A stretch of DNA of 64,000 nucleotides from NCBI GenBank assembly GCA_002320815.1, contig DCLA01000083.1, positions 1,285 to 65,284 of the forward strand, written 5' to 3'. This DNA comes from Myxococcales bacterium UBA1660 (lineage in GTDB: Bacteria; Myxococcota_A; Polyangia; Polyangiales; Houyiibacteriaceae). Under the pieces are notes generated by a model. It searched no databases. It was not told the DNA's origin and saw only the letters and a program-made list of their open reading frames with translations. Shown here one piece after another: positions 40,120 through 48,350 of the stretch; within the stretch, counting starts at the first letter, position 1, and every line of letters begins with the position of its first letter. Both the position numbers and the translations under genes were made by a program.

Positions 40120-42180
40120 ATGACCAAGACCCTACGTTGGCTCACGATCTTCGCCGTCGCGTGCGGCGGTTCCTCCACGCCCGTCGAGAACGGTGGCAGC
40201 GACCGAGAGGTCGCCCGCACCGGACCCCCGGCCGAGATCGCCCCCTGGGGCTTCGCGATGGCCGACATGGACCGAAGCGTGGATCCCGGCGACAACTTCT
40301 ACGAGTACGCCAACGGGACCTGGCTGCAGAACTTCGAGATCCCCTCCGACTTCTCGAACTACGGCGCCTTCACCGTGCTCTTCGAAGAGGCCGAGGAGGC
40401 GGTGAAGACCATCGTCGAAGAGGCCCGGCAGACGGAAGCCGAAGAGGGCTCCCACGCCCAGCGCATCGGCGACTACTACGGCGCTTACCTGGACACCGAT
40501 CACATCGAGGAGCTCGGGCTCGCCGCGGCCCAGCCGGACCTCGACGCGCTCGGGGCCCTGAGCAGCCACGACGAGGTGGCCCGCGCGATGGCCAACCCGG
40601 AGCTGGGCATGGCCGCGCCGGTGGGCTTCTGGGTCGACCTCGACGCCAAGAACACCGAACGCTACATCGTGCAGCTCACCCAGTCGGGGCTCGGGCTTCC
40701 CGACCGCGACTACTACCTGGAGGAGCAGTTCGCCGACGAGCGCACCGCCTACCAGGCCTACGCGAAGCAGATGCTGGAGCTCGCCGGCATCGAGGACGCC
40801 GAGGGTAAGGCCGCGGCCATCTTCGCTCTGGAGACCGCCATCGCCGAGGCGCACTGGCCGCGGGCCAAGCGCCGCGACCGGGACCTCACCTACAACCTGG
40901 TCGAGCAGAGCACCCTCACCGAGCTGGCGCCCGGGTTCCCCTGGGGCGTGTACGCCGAGCAGGCGGGCTTCGCCGGCGAGGCCGACCTCAACGTCCGCGA
41001 GAAGGACGCCATCCAGAAGCTCGCCGCGCTCTTCCGCGAGACCCCGGTGGCGACCTGGCAGGCCTACCTGCAGCTCCACTACCTGAGCGGCTACGCCGAC
41101 GTGCTCCCCAAGGCCTTCGACGAGGCCCACTTCGCCTTCTACGGGCAGACCCTCAGCGGCACCCCGGAGCAGCGCGCCCGCTGGAAGCGGGGCGTGGCCG
41201 CGACCAACGACGCCCTGGGCGAGGCCGTCGGCCGCCTCTACGTCGAGCGGCACTTCCCCGCCGAGGCCAAGACCCAGATGGAGGCCCTCGTCGAGAACGT
41301 GAAGCGCGCCTTCCGCGAGCGGCTCGAGACCTTGGACTGGATGAGCGACGAGACCAAGGCCCAGGCCCGCGCCAAGCTCGACGCCTTCCGCGCCAAGATC
41401 GCCTACCCGGACGTCTGGGAGGAGTACGAGGGCCTGGTGGTCCGCAGCGACGACGCCCTGGGCAACGCCAAGCGCGTGGCCGGCTGGAAGCACCACGACG
41501 AGGTCGAGAAGCTCGGCGGCCCGGTGGACCGCAACGAGTGGTTCATGACCCCGCAGACGGTCAACGCCTACTACAGCCCGCTGCGCAACGAGATCGTCTT
41601 CCCGGCCGCCATCCTGCAGCCGCCCTTCTTCGATCCCAACGCCGACCCGGCGGTGAACTACGGCGGCATCGGCGCGGTCATCGGGCACGAGATCGGCCAC
41701 GGCTTCGACGACCAGGGGCGCAAGTCCGACGGTCAGGGCCTGCTCCGCGACTGGTGGACCGCCGACGACAAGACCCGCTTCGAGTCCCGCGCGACCCGGC
41801 TCGGCAGCCAGTACGGCGGCTACGAGCCCATCGCCGGCATGCCGCTGAACCCGGAGCTCACCATGGGCGAGAACATCGGTGACCTCGGTGGCCTGACCCT
41901 GGCCTACCACGCCTACCACCTGGCCCTCGGCGACGAGGAGGCCCCGGTGCTGAACGGCTTCAGCGGCGACCAGCGCTTCTTCCTCGCGTGGGCTCAGGTG
42001 TGGAAGCGGAAGTACCGCGAGGCCGAGCTCCGGCAACGGATCGTCACCGATCCCCACAGCCCCTCGGAGTTCCGCACCAACGGCATCGTCCGAAACATGG
42101 ACGCCTGGTACGACGCCTTCGGCGTCGAGCCCGACGACGCCCTCTACCTCGCCCCCGGCGACCGCGTCGCCATCTGGTAG
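40120..42180 (+). CDS. pepO: M13-family zinc metallopeptidase (neprilysin/PepO type) lipoprotein
   Basis: ORF 40120..42180 with lipobox FAVACGG, NAYY, HEIGHGFD (HExxH) and GENIGDLGG. Confidence 0.93.
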   Translation: MTKTLRWLTIFAVACGGSSTPVENGGSDREVARTGPPAEIAPWGFAMADMDRSVDPGDNFYEYANGTWLQNFEIPSDFSNYGAFTVLFEEAEEAVKTIVEEARQTEAEEGSHAQRIGDYYGAYLDTDHIEELGLAAAQPDLDALGALSSHDEVARAMANPELGMAAPVGFWVDLDAKNTERYIVQLTQSGLGLPDRDYYLEEQFADERTAYQAYAKQMLELAGIEDAEGKAAAIFALETAIAEAHWPRAKRRDRDLTYNLVEQSTLTELAPGFPWGVYAEQAGFAGEADLNVREKDAIQKLAALFRETPVATWQAYLQLHYLSGYADVLPKAFDEAHFAFYGQTLSGTPEQRARWKRGVAATNDALGEAVGRLYVERHFPAEAKTQMEALVENVKRAFRERLETLDWMSDETKAQARAKLDAFRAKIAYPDVWEEYEGLVVRSDDALGNAKRVAGWKHHDEVEKLGGPVDRNEWFMTPQTVNAYYSPLRNEIVFPAAILQPPFFDPNADPAVNYGGIGAVIGHEIGHGFDDQGRKSDGQGLLRDWWTADDKTRFESRATRLGSQYGGYEPIAGMPLNPELTMGENIGDLGGLTLAYHAYHLALGDEEAPVLNGFSGDQRFFLAWAQVWKRKYREAELRQRIVTDPHSPSEFRTNGIVRNMDAWYDAFGVEPDDALYLAPGDRVAIW

Positions 42181-42185
42181 CCCCC

Positions 42186-42233
42186 GACGACGATGACGGC
42201 GATCGGGGACGATCGTCGTCATTGTCGTCATTT
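42186..42233. terminator. long imperfect hairpin between convergent pepO and hppD
   Basis: GACGACGATGACGGCGATC-ggggac-GATCGTCGTCATTGTCGTC, with 17 of 19 positions paired, followed by ATTT. Confidence 0.5.
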
Positions 42234-42237
42234 CGCC

Positions 42238-43266
42238 TCAGAGCACGCCGCGCCGCTCCTGATCGCGCTCGATCGAACGGAAGAGCGCGCCGAAGTTCCC
42301 CTCGCCGAAGCTCTGGTGGTTCTTCCGCTGGATCATCTCGAAGAAGATCGGCCCGATGACGTTCTTCGTGAAGATCTGGAGCAGGTAGCCCTCCTCGTCC
42401 CCATCGACGAGGACCTTGGCGTCGGCGATCGCCTGGTGGTCCTCGGTGACGTCGGGGACCCGGTCGAAGACCGTCGCGTAGTACTCGTCGTCGATGTCCA
42501 GGGTGGCCACCCCAGCGGCTTCGAGGCCCGCCAGGCCGCCGAGGAGGTCCCGGGAGGTCAGCGCGATGTGCTGGATCCCCGGGCCGCGGTACTCGCGGAG
42601 GTACTCCTCGATCTGCGACTTCTCCTCGCTGCCCTCGTTGATGGGGATGCAGAAGCTCCCGCAGGGTGAGCGGAGCGCGTAGCTCTGGAGGCCGGTCTTC
42701 TCGCCCCGGATGTCGAAGTGGCGGACCTCGGTGAAGCCGAAGACCTCTTTGTAGAAGTCGGACCACCGCTCCATGGTCCCCTTCTCGACGTTGTTGGTCA
42801 GGTGGTCGATGACCTCGAAGCCGCGCCCCGGGACCTCCACCGGCTCGTCGAGGGCCACGAATTGGTCGAGCCAACCCCGCCCGCCGTCGGGGACCAGGTG
42901 GATGAGCGAATCACCGATGCCCCAGAGGGCCGGGAAGCCGTAGGGCGTCTCCTCGTCGTAGGCCCGCGCCCCTCGCGCGACCGCGGCGTCGCGACCCGCT
43001 TCGGGGTCGGCCACCGACCAGCCCATCGAGGCGATGCTGGGCCCGTGCTCGCCGGCGAAACGGCCAGCGAAGGTCTCCGGGTCCCGGTTCACCAGGAAGT
43101 GGATCTGGTTCTGCCGGTAGTGGACCACGTCGCGCACGCGGTGCCGGCCCACCCGGGAGAACCCCATGGCCAGGAAGAGCCGGTGCAGGTCGTCGAGCCC
43201 TGCGGCGGTGGGGGCCGCGTATTCGACGAAGGCGATGCCGCTGAGGCCGGTCGGGTTGCTGCTCAT
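42238..43266 (-). CDS. hppD: 4-hydroxyphenylpyruvate dioxygenase
   Basis: ATG at 43266 (MSSNPTGLSGIAFVEY) inside ORF 42238..43353. Blocks are IDHLTNNV, GIQHIAL, and the C-terminal FFEMIQRKNHQSFGEGNFGALFRSIE. Confidence 0.93.
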   Translation of the reverse strand: MSSNPTGLSGIAFVEYAAPTAAGLDDLHRLFLAMGFSRVGRHRVRDVVHYRQNQIHFLVNRDPETFAGRFAGEHGPSIASMGWSVADPEAGRDAAVARGARAYDEETPYGFPALWGIGDSLIHLVPDGGRGWLDQFVALDEPVEVPGRGFEVIDHLTNNVEKGTMERWSDFYKEVFGFTEVRHFDIRGEKTGLQSYALRSPCGSFCIPINEGSEEKSQIEEYLREYRGPGIQHIALTSRDLLGGLAGLEAAGVATLDIDDEYYATVFDRVPDVTEDHQAIADAKVLVDGDEEGYLLQIFTKNVIGPIFFEMIQRKNHQSFGEGNFGALFRSIERDQERRGVL

Positions 43267-43354
43267 CTCGAAGTCTCCTCGTTCGGGGCGCGGGTGGGCT
43301 AGATTGTGGGCCGCGGTGACCACGCGCGCCGAGGAACTCAATCTGCCCAACATG

Positions 43355-43367
43355 TTCGTTGAGCGAA
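43355..43367. promoter_or_regulatory. LysR-type T-N11-A box in the hppD / LysR divergent intergenic region
   Basis: TTCGTTGAGCGAA (TTCG-N5-CGAA dyad) in an AT-enriched stretch. Further TTCGA and CGAAAT repeats lie just downstream. Confidence 0.3.
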
Positions 43368-43415
43368 ATCGGAACTTTTCGAGCGAAGTCGTTCGAAATA
43401 TCTGACACTGTCCCC

Positions 43416-44336
43416 GTGGCGCCGACCCTCGACCAGCTACGCACCCTGGAGGCCATCGACCGACTGGGGAGCTTCGCGGCCGCCGGAAAGGAGCTCCATC
43501 GGACCACCTCGGCGGTGAGCTACGCGGTGCAGAAGCTCGAGGAGTCCCTCGGCCTCCCGCTCTTCGACCGCAGCGGCCACCGCGCGCGGCTCACCGAAGC
43601 GGGGCGATTGATGACCGACGCCGGACGCCGAGTCCTCGCCGAAGCGCGCTCCCTCGAGGACCTCGCGCGCCAGCTCCGGGGCGAGTGGGAGCCCGAGCTG
43701 CGCATCGTCGTCGATGGCATCTTCCCATTGCGCCCCGTGCTCCGCGCCGCCCGGAGCCTCACCGAGGCCCGCGCGCCCACCCGCGTCCAGCTCCGGGTGG
43801 AGTTCCTCGGCGGCGTCCGAGAGCGCTTCGAGAACGCGCCCGCGGACCTGATGCTCACCCTCGAGTTCGCCGGCGACCCCGACCACGAGGCGCGGGCCCT
43901 CGATCCCATCGAGATGATCCTGGTCACCCGCCCCGAGCACCCGCTTCAGGCCCTCGCGCGCGTCGACCGCGCCGATCTCACCGCCCACGTCGAGCTCACC
44001 GTCCGCGACTCTTCACGACGTCGCCCGCCCCGCGGCCCCCTGGACATGGGCAGCACCCAGCGCTTCCGGCTCAGCGACTTCCACTCCAAGCGCGAGGCCC
44101 TCGTCGAGGGCGTCGGCTACGGCTGGATGCCCGAGCACCTCGTCGCCGACGACCTCCGCGCCGGTCGCCTCCGGGAGCTCCCCTTGATCGAAGGCAGCCG
44201 CCACGTCTTCACCCCCCACCTCGTCCACCGCCGCTCCGCCCCCCTCGGCCCCGCCGGCCGCCTCTTCGTCAGGAACCAACTTGCCTTGGGGACGCACTTG
44301 CCAACTTGCGCATCCGGACGCCCTAACGCGCCGTGA
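43416..44336 (+). CDS. LysR-family transcriptional regulator; last ~20 codons are encoded by a repeat element
   Basis: GTG at 43416 (VAPTLDQLRTLEAIDRLGSFAAAGKELHRTTSAVSYAVQKLE) inside ORF 43359..44336. From about 44272 the reading frame runs into the repeat unit. Confidence 0.8.
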   Translation: MAPTLDQLRTLEAIDRLGSFAAAGKELHRTTSAVSYAVQKLEESLGLPLFDRSGHRARLTEAGRLMTDAGRRVLAEARSLEDLARQLRGEWEPELRIVVDGIFPLRPVLRAARSLTEARAPTRVQLRVEFLGGVRERFENAPADLMLTLEFAGDPDHEARALDPIEMILVTRPEHPLQALARVDRADLTAHVELTVRDSSRRRPPRGPLDMGSTQRFRLSDFHSKREALVEGVGYGWMPEHLVADDLRAGRLRELPLIEGSRHVFTPHLVHRRSAPLGPAGRLFVRNQLALGTHLPTCASGRPNAP

Positions 44337-44490
44337 CGCGCCCTTTGGTATGCAAGAAGCGCAAGTTGGCAAGTGCGTCCCTCAGGAACCGCGCGCCGTG
44401 ACGCGCCCTTTGGCGTGCAAGAAGCGCAAGTTGGCAAGTGCGTCCCTCCGGAACCAACTTGCCTTGGGGACGCACTTGCCAACTTGCGCA
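44270..44490. repeat. composite repeat element: two identical 41-bp units flanking two tandem ~64-bp units that carry the same 23-bp core in inverted orientation
   Basis: The 41-mer ggaaccaacttgccttggggacgcacttgccaacttgcgca occurs at 44272-44312 and 44450-44490. The core gggacgcacttgccaacttgcgc is at 44289-44311 and 44467-44489 (+), and as its reverse complement at 44359-44381 and 44424-44446. The tandem units are 44327-44390 and 44392-44455, with 3 mismatches. Confidence 0.85.
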
Positions 44491-44499
44491 GCGGCCACC

Positions 44500-44533
44500 C
44501 ACGCGCATCCGCACCCCACGCGCATCCGCACCC
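44500..44533. repeat. 17-bp perfect tandem duplication
   Basis: cacgcgcatccgcaccc occurs twice, read directly, immediately after the composite repeat. Confidence 0.8.
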
Positions 44534-44596
44534 CCGGCGCCGCACCCCCAACCCCACCATTGTGTCCGCGCCCGCGCCCGGTATCCTCCGGGCGCC

Positions 44597-45016
44597 ATGG
44601 CCGACACCATCTTCTCCAAGATCCTCCGAGGCGAGATCCCCTGTCACAAGGTGTACGAGGACGACCTCGTGCTCGCCTTCCTCGACATCGGTCCCCTGAG
44701 CGAGGGCCACACCCTGGTCATCCCCAAGGCGGAGAAGGCGACCCTGGCCGAGCTCGACGACGAGAGCGCCGCCGCCATCGGGCGCGTCTTGCCGCGCCTC
44801 TGCCGCGCGCTGGTCGAGGTCACCGGCGTGAAGGAGTACAACGTGCTCCAGAACAACGGCGCCGGCGCGCACCAGGCCGTCTTCCACGTGCACTTCCACA
44901 TCATCCCCAAGCCCGATCGCGACCAGGGCCTGGGCATCAAGTGGCCCGCTCGCTCCCTCGACGGCGACGAGGGCAAGGCCCTGGCCGAGAAGGTCCGCGC
45001 CGCCCTCGGCGACTGA
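44597..45016 (+). CDS. HIT (histidine triad) family protein
   Basis: ATG at 44597 inside ORF 44438..45016. N-terminus MADTIFSKILRGEIPCHKVYEDD and triad HVHFHIIP. Confidence 0.9.
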   Translation: MADTIFSKILRGEIPCHKVYEDDLVLAFLDIGPLSEGHTLVIPKAEKATLAELDDESAAAIGRVLPRLCRALVEVTGVKEYNVLQNNGAGAHQAVFHVHFHIIPKPDRDQGLGIKWPARSLDGDEGKALAEKVRAALGD

Positions 45017-45096
45017 TCTTCCCTCCGTACCTCGACCGAGGGATCCACCCCCACCACAACTAGACACCCAGTGCCAGTCGTGCGAGCTTGCGCCGC

Positions 45097-46332
45097 ATGA
45101 ACGACGCAATCATCAAGCACTGGGTCGGACGCCTCTTCTTGGCGGCCGCGCTCACCACGTCCGTCGCGTGCGGGGACGACGACGGCGACGATACCACGAC
45201 CGACCGCGATCTCGGCACCACCGAGCGCGATCTCGGCACCACCGAGGACGGCGGCACCACCACCGAGGACGACGGCGGCACGACCACCGAAGAAGATGGC
45301 GGCGGCACGACCACCGGCGAGTGGGCCCTGACCAACCACCCCTGTGTCGGCAACCGCACCGACACCCTCTGGCGCGACGTCGACGGGACCCTCTACGTCG
45401 GCTGTGGGACCACCACGGGCGGCGACCAGGGCCTCTACGTGAGCAGCGACGAGGGCGCAACCTGGGCCGCGCCGACCACCAACCCGGGCGACGTCCTCGA
45501 CACCTGGCGCGTCGACGACATCTCGCGCAGCGGGGACCTCCTCTACGTCGCCGGCATCGACACGGCGGGCTCGTTCCGCGTGCTGAGCGCCGACACCTCC
45601 GCGGCCACCTGGGAGCTCGCCGAGGTCTACTCCGCGGGCGGCACCGTAGACTCCTCCTTCACCGTCGGCACCTTCCGCCGCGACGCGAGCGGTCGGGCCA
45701 TCGCCGAATCCCTCACCGGCGTCGACATGCAGATGCGCGCGGACGACGACGCCGAATGGATGGCGCTCAACGCCTTCAACGGTGGCGCCCGCCTGCAGGT
45801 CCTCGACATGGAGGTCCACGACGGCGTCTTCTACGGCGCGGGTTCGCGCATCGTCGAGCCGCCGCACCTCTTCATCGAGAACACCGACGCGGCGAGCTTC
45901 ACCTTCGAGACCATCGACCTGGCCACCGGCCTCGGCGCGTACCACGGCGAGATGTGGGCCATCGACGTGGACGCCTCCGGCGTGGTCATTGGCGGCGTCG
46001 ATCAGGACGCGGACGTGGGCTTCGTCTACACCACCGACCTCGACGGCGGGAACATCCAGGGCACCAGCATGAACGACTTCTTCGACGGTGACGCGACCTG
46101 GGTCCACGGCGTCTGCCGCAACGGCAACACCCTCGCCGTGGCCGGCTCGTTCTCCATCCGCGAGGACGGCTTCGTGCTCCTCTCCACCGACAACGGCGCG
46201 ACCTGGGACGACGTCACGCCCGACACCGGCAACCCCGCTTCGCCCTACCCGAGCGCCAGCGAGTGCGTGCTCACCGGCACCCACCTCTACGTGGCGGGCA
46301 AGGACGGCTCCTTCGCCGTCCGCGCTCTCTGA
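45097..46332 (+). CDS. lipoprotein with BNR/Asp-box beta-propeller-like domain
   Basis: ATG at 45097 inside ORF 45088..46332. Lipobox LTTSVACGDDDG, an acidic Thr-rich linker, and Asp-boxes SSDEGATW and STDNGATW. Confidence 0.75.
   Translation: MNDAIIKHWVGRLFLAAALTTSVACGDDDGDDTTTDRDLGTTERDLGTTEDGGTTTEDDGGTTTEEDGGGTTTGEWALTNHPCVGNRTDTLWRDVDGTLYVGCGTTTGGDQGLYVSSDEGATWAAPTTNPGDVLDTWRVDDISRSGDLLYVAGIDTAGSFRVLSADTSAATWELAEVYSAGGTVDSSFTVGTFRRDASGRAIAESLTGVDMQMRADDDAEWMALNAFNGGARLQVLDMEVHDGVFYGAGSRIVEPPHLFIENTDAASFTFETIDLATGLGAYHGEMWAIDVDASGVVIGGVDQDADVGFVYTTDLDGGNIQGTSMNDFFDGDATWVHGVCRNGNTLAVAGSFSIREDGFVLLSTDNGATWDDVTPDTGNPASPYPSASECVLTGTHLYVAGKDGSFAVRAL
45205..45246 (+). repeat. perfect 21-bp tandem duplication inside the lipoprotein linker
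   Basis: cgcgatctcggcaccaccgag occurs twice and encodes RDLGTTE RDLGTTE. Confidence 0.8.
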
Positions 46333-46347
46333 TCCGACCCGAGCTCC

Positions 46348-46381
46348 CGAACGCGCGGCCGGTCCTCCGGTCGCGCGTTCG
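46348..46381. terminator. hairpin between convergent genes
   Basis: CGAACGCGCGGCCGG-tcct-CCGGTCGCGCGTTCG, a 15-bp stem with one mismatch. Confidence 0.5.
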
Positions 46382-46392
46382 CAATTGGGGCC

Positions 46393-47454
46393 TCACTCCG
46401 AGAAGCGTCTCCAGAGGTAGTCGATGAGGTCGAAGCGTCCGTCGAACCCCACGAGCGCGTGCGCCGCCTCGGGGACCCGGCAGGTCTCGATGGGCGCGCC
46501 CGAGCATTCGTAGGCGACACAGGGCTCGGGCGACACGGGGCTCCCCGCCGTCGCGCACCCGCGGGCCGCGCCGATCTCCTCGAGGCCCACGAGGTCCGCA
46601 TAGGGGTGATCCCCATCGCGGACCGGGGGCCACCAGTTGAGCCCGTTCACGCATTGGGGGAACGCGGCGCACTCGGCGAGGTACTCCAGGTCGCCCTCGG
46701 TCTTCTGGGCCTCCGAGCAGCAACCGCCCCAGGGCACGTTGCCGTCTTCGACGCCGTGGACGTGGAAGATCCCCGCGTCGGGATCCGGGCTCGCGCAGCT
46801 CTCGTCGGTGGGAGTCCCCGAGATCGGCCCGATGCCGGCGAAGACCCCCGGCCGGTCACAGAGCAGGCTGTAGACGAACATCGCGCCGTTGGAGTGCCCG
46901 GTGGCGAAGCGCCGCGCGGGGTCGATGGTCAGACCGTGCTCGGTGCTCAGCCGCTCGAGGACGGCGTCGGTGTAGGCGTGGTCGTCCACGCCCGAGAAGG
47001 CGCCGGGCTTCTGCACGTTCCAGACGAAACGCCCCTCCAAGGTCGAGCAGTCGTCGAGAGCGTCTCGGCAACCCTGCATGAAGACCGTGACGAACCCTTC
47101 TTCGGCACCCAGTCGATGCCAGGGCATCACCGAGGCCCAGCTCCGCGCGTTGCCGCCGCCGCCGTGGAACCCGAGCACCACCGGGAGCGGCCCTGCGGGC
47201 AGCGGGTCGGGCACGCAGAGCGTGTACGTCCGCGCGCGGTCGTCCACGGCGAAGGCGTGGGTGGTGCAGTGGGACGTCGGAGCCCCGGCGTCCTCATCGA
47301 CGCCGCCATCCGAGCCCGCGTCGGAGCCGGCCGCGTCGACCGCCATGTCGGACCCGGCGTCGTCCATCTCGCCATCGCCCGAGCCACCGTCGCCGTCATC
47401 GGCGCACCCGGCGAGCGCGCCGAGCAGGAGCAGCGAACCGACCCAGCGCCTCAT
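46393..47454 (-). CDS. LpqC/PHB-depolymerase-family esterase lipoprotein
   Basis: ATG at 47454 (MRRWVGSLLLLGALAGCADDGDG) inside ORF 46393..47616. Blocks are LGFHGGGGNA, GVDDHAYTDAV and nucleophile elbow GHSNGAMF. Confidence 0.8.
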   Translation of the reverse strand: MRRWVGSLLLLGALAGCADDGDGGSGDGEMDDAGSDMAVDAAGSDAGSDGGVDEDAGAPTSHCTTHAFAVDDRARTYTLCVPDPLPAGPLPVVLGFHGGGGNARSWASVMPWHRLGAEEGFVTVFMQGCRDALDDCSTLEGRFVWNVQKPGAFSGVDDHAYTDAVLERLSTEHGLTIDPARRFATGHSNGAMFVYSLLCDRPGVFAGIGPISGTPTDESCASPDPDAGIFHVHGVEDGNVPWGGCCSEAQKTEGDLEYLAECAAFPQCVNGLNWWPPVRDGDHPYADLVGLEEIGAARGCATAGSPVSPEPCVAYECSGAPIETCRVPEAAHALVGFDGRFDLIDYLWRRFSE

Positions 47455-47635
47455 TGGATCACCGAGGGGCGCCGCTCGTCGCCCGCGTAGAGCACCGACG
47501 GAAGCATGCCGCCCGAGAGTGCCACGACGCCCAACCGCTCCACCAGCGCGGTCGCGGTCAGCTGGCTCCGTCCTTCGCGACCGCCGCCCCCGACCGGAAG
47601 CCGTGCACCCCGCCATCCAACGCGCGACCAGACAT

Positions 47636-47659
47636 TGACCAAAACGACTAAATTGGTCA
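47636..47659. promoter_or_regulatory. candidate TetR operator, TGACCAA-N10-TTGGTCA
   Basis: Perfect 7-bp inverted arms in the only AT-rich patch of this intergenic region. It ends 10 nt before the GTG of the TetR gene and includes a TTGACC -35-like hexamer. Confidence 0.45.
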
Positions 47660-47669
47660 TCAAGTCAAA

Positions 47670-48350
47670 GTGACCCGCGCCGACCGCCTGCTCCGTGCCG
47701 CCAGCGACCTCTTCGTGCGCCTCGGCTACGAGAAGACGACGGTCAGCGACCTCACCCGGGCGGCCGGGGTCTCCAAGGGCGCCTTCTACCTGGCGTTCCC
47801 CAGCAAGGACGGGCTCTTCGAGGCCCTCCTGCTCCGGGAGATGCGCGACTACCTCGCCGCCGCCCGGGAGGCGCTCGCCGTCCACCCGCGCGCGGGCTCC
47901 ATCGGCGCGCTCTACGAGGTGGCCCTCCGCGGTCTCGAGGCCTCGCCGGTGATGGCGGTGCTCCTGCGGCGCGACCGCGACGTCTTCGGGCGCTACCTGA
48001 GGCAGCCGGACAACTTCTTCCGCAAGTTCGGCGCCGGGCACCAGAGCCGCGGCGAGGTCCTGGCGCAGCTCCAGGCCGTGGGGGTCGTCCGCCCCGATGT
48101 CGACGTCGACGTCGCCGCCCACGTGATGAACCTGATCTCCGTCGGCTGGGTCACCGTCGACGAGGTGCTCGACACCCCGGCGCCGCCGGCCGAGGAGGTC
48201 ATCGCGGGCCTGGCCGCGATGATGGAGCGAGCCCTCGGGCCCACCCAGCCCGTCGACCTCGCGCCCGCGCGCGCGCTGGTCGACCGCATGTACGCCGAAG
48301 GCATCGCCGGCTTGAACGCGATGCTCGCCCAAGCCGAGGGGGGCCCATGA
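47670..48350 (+). CDS. TetR-family transcriptional regulator
   Basis: ORF 47670..48350 with HTH TTVSDLTRAAGVSKGAFYLAFPSKD. Its stop overlaps the next start (ATGA). Confidence 0.85.
   Translation: MTRADRLLRAASDLFVRLGYEKTTVSDLTRAAGVSKGAFYLAFPSKDGLFEALLLREMRDYLAAAREALAVHPRAGSIGALYEVALRGLEASPVMAVLLRRDRDVFGRYLRQPDNFFRKFGAGHQSRGEVLAQLQAVGVVRPDVDVDVAAHVMNLISVGWVTVDEVLDTPAPPAEEVIAGLAAMMERALGPTQPVDLAPARALVDRMYAEGIAGLNAMLAQAEGGP

Noticed and set aside
44286-44302. Sigma-54-like GG-N10-GC element (TGGGGACGCACTTGC) inside each forward copy of the repeat unit.
   Set aside because: The -24 half deviates strongly from TGGCAC. The match comes for free with the repeat sequence, so there is no independent support.
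44270-44535. Possible CRISPR array, retron msr/msd locus or integron attC sites, suggested by the repeated palindromic units.
   Set aside because: The core copies alternate in orientation, and the spacers are irregular (47, 42 and 20 nt) and themselves repeated. No cas, reverse-transcriptase or integrase gene is nearby, and the RYYYAAC/GTTRRRY attC cores are absent. I report it as a REP/MITE-like repeat instead.
47455-47669. An unusually long (215 bp) GC-rich intergenic region. One minus-strand frame reads protein-like (SQLTATALVERLGVVALSGGMLPSVLYAGDE), suggesting a gene remnant.
   Set aside because: It is short, has no start or motif, and belongs to a shadow ORF (47451..48332) that is otherwise nonsense. 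It cannot be distinguished from chance without a homology search.
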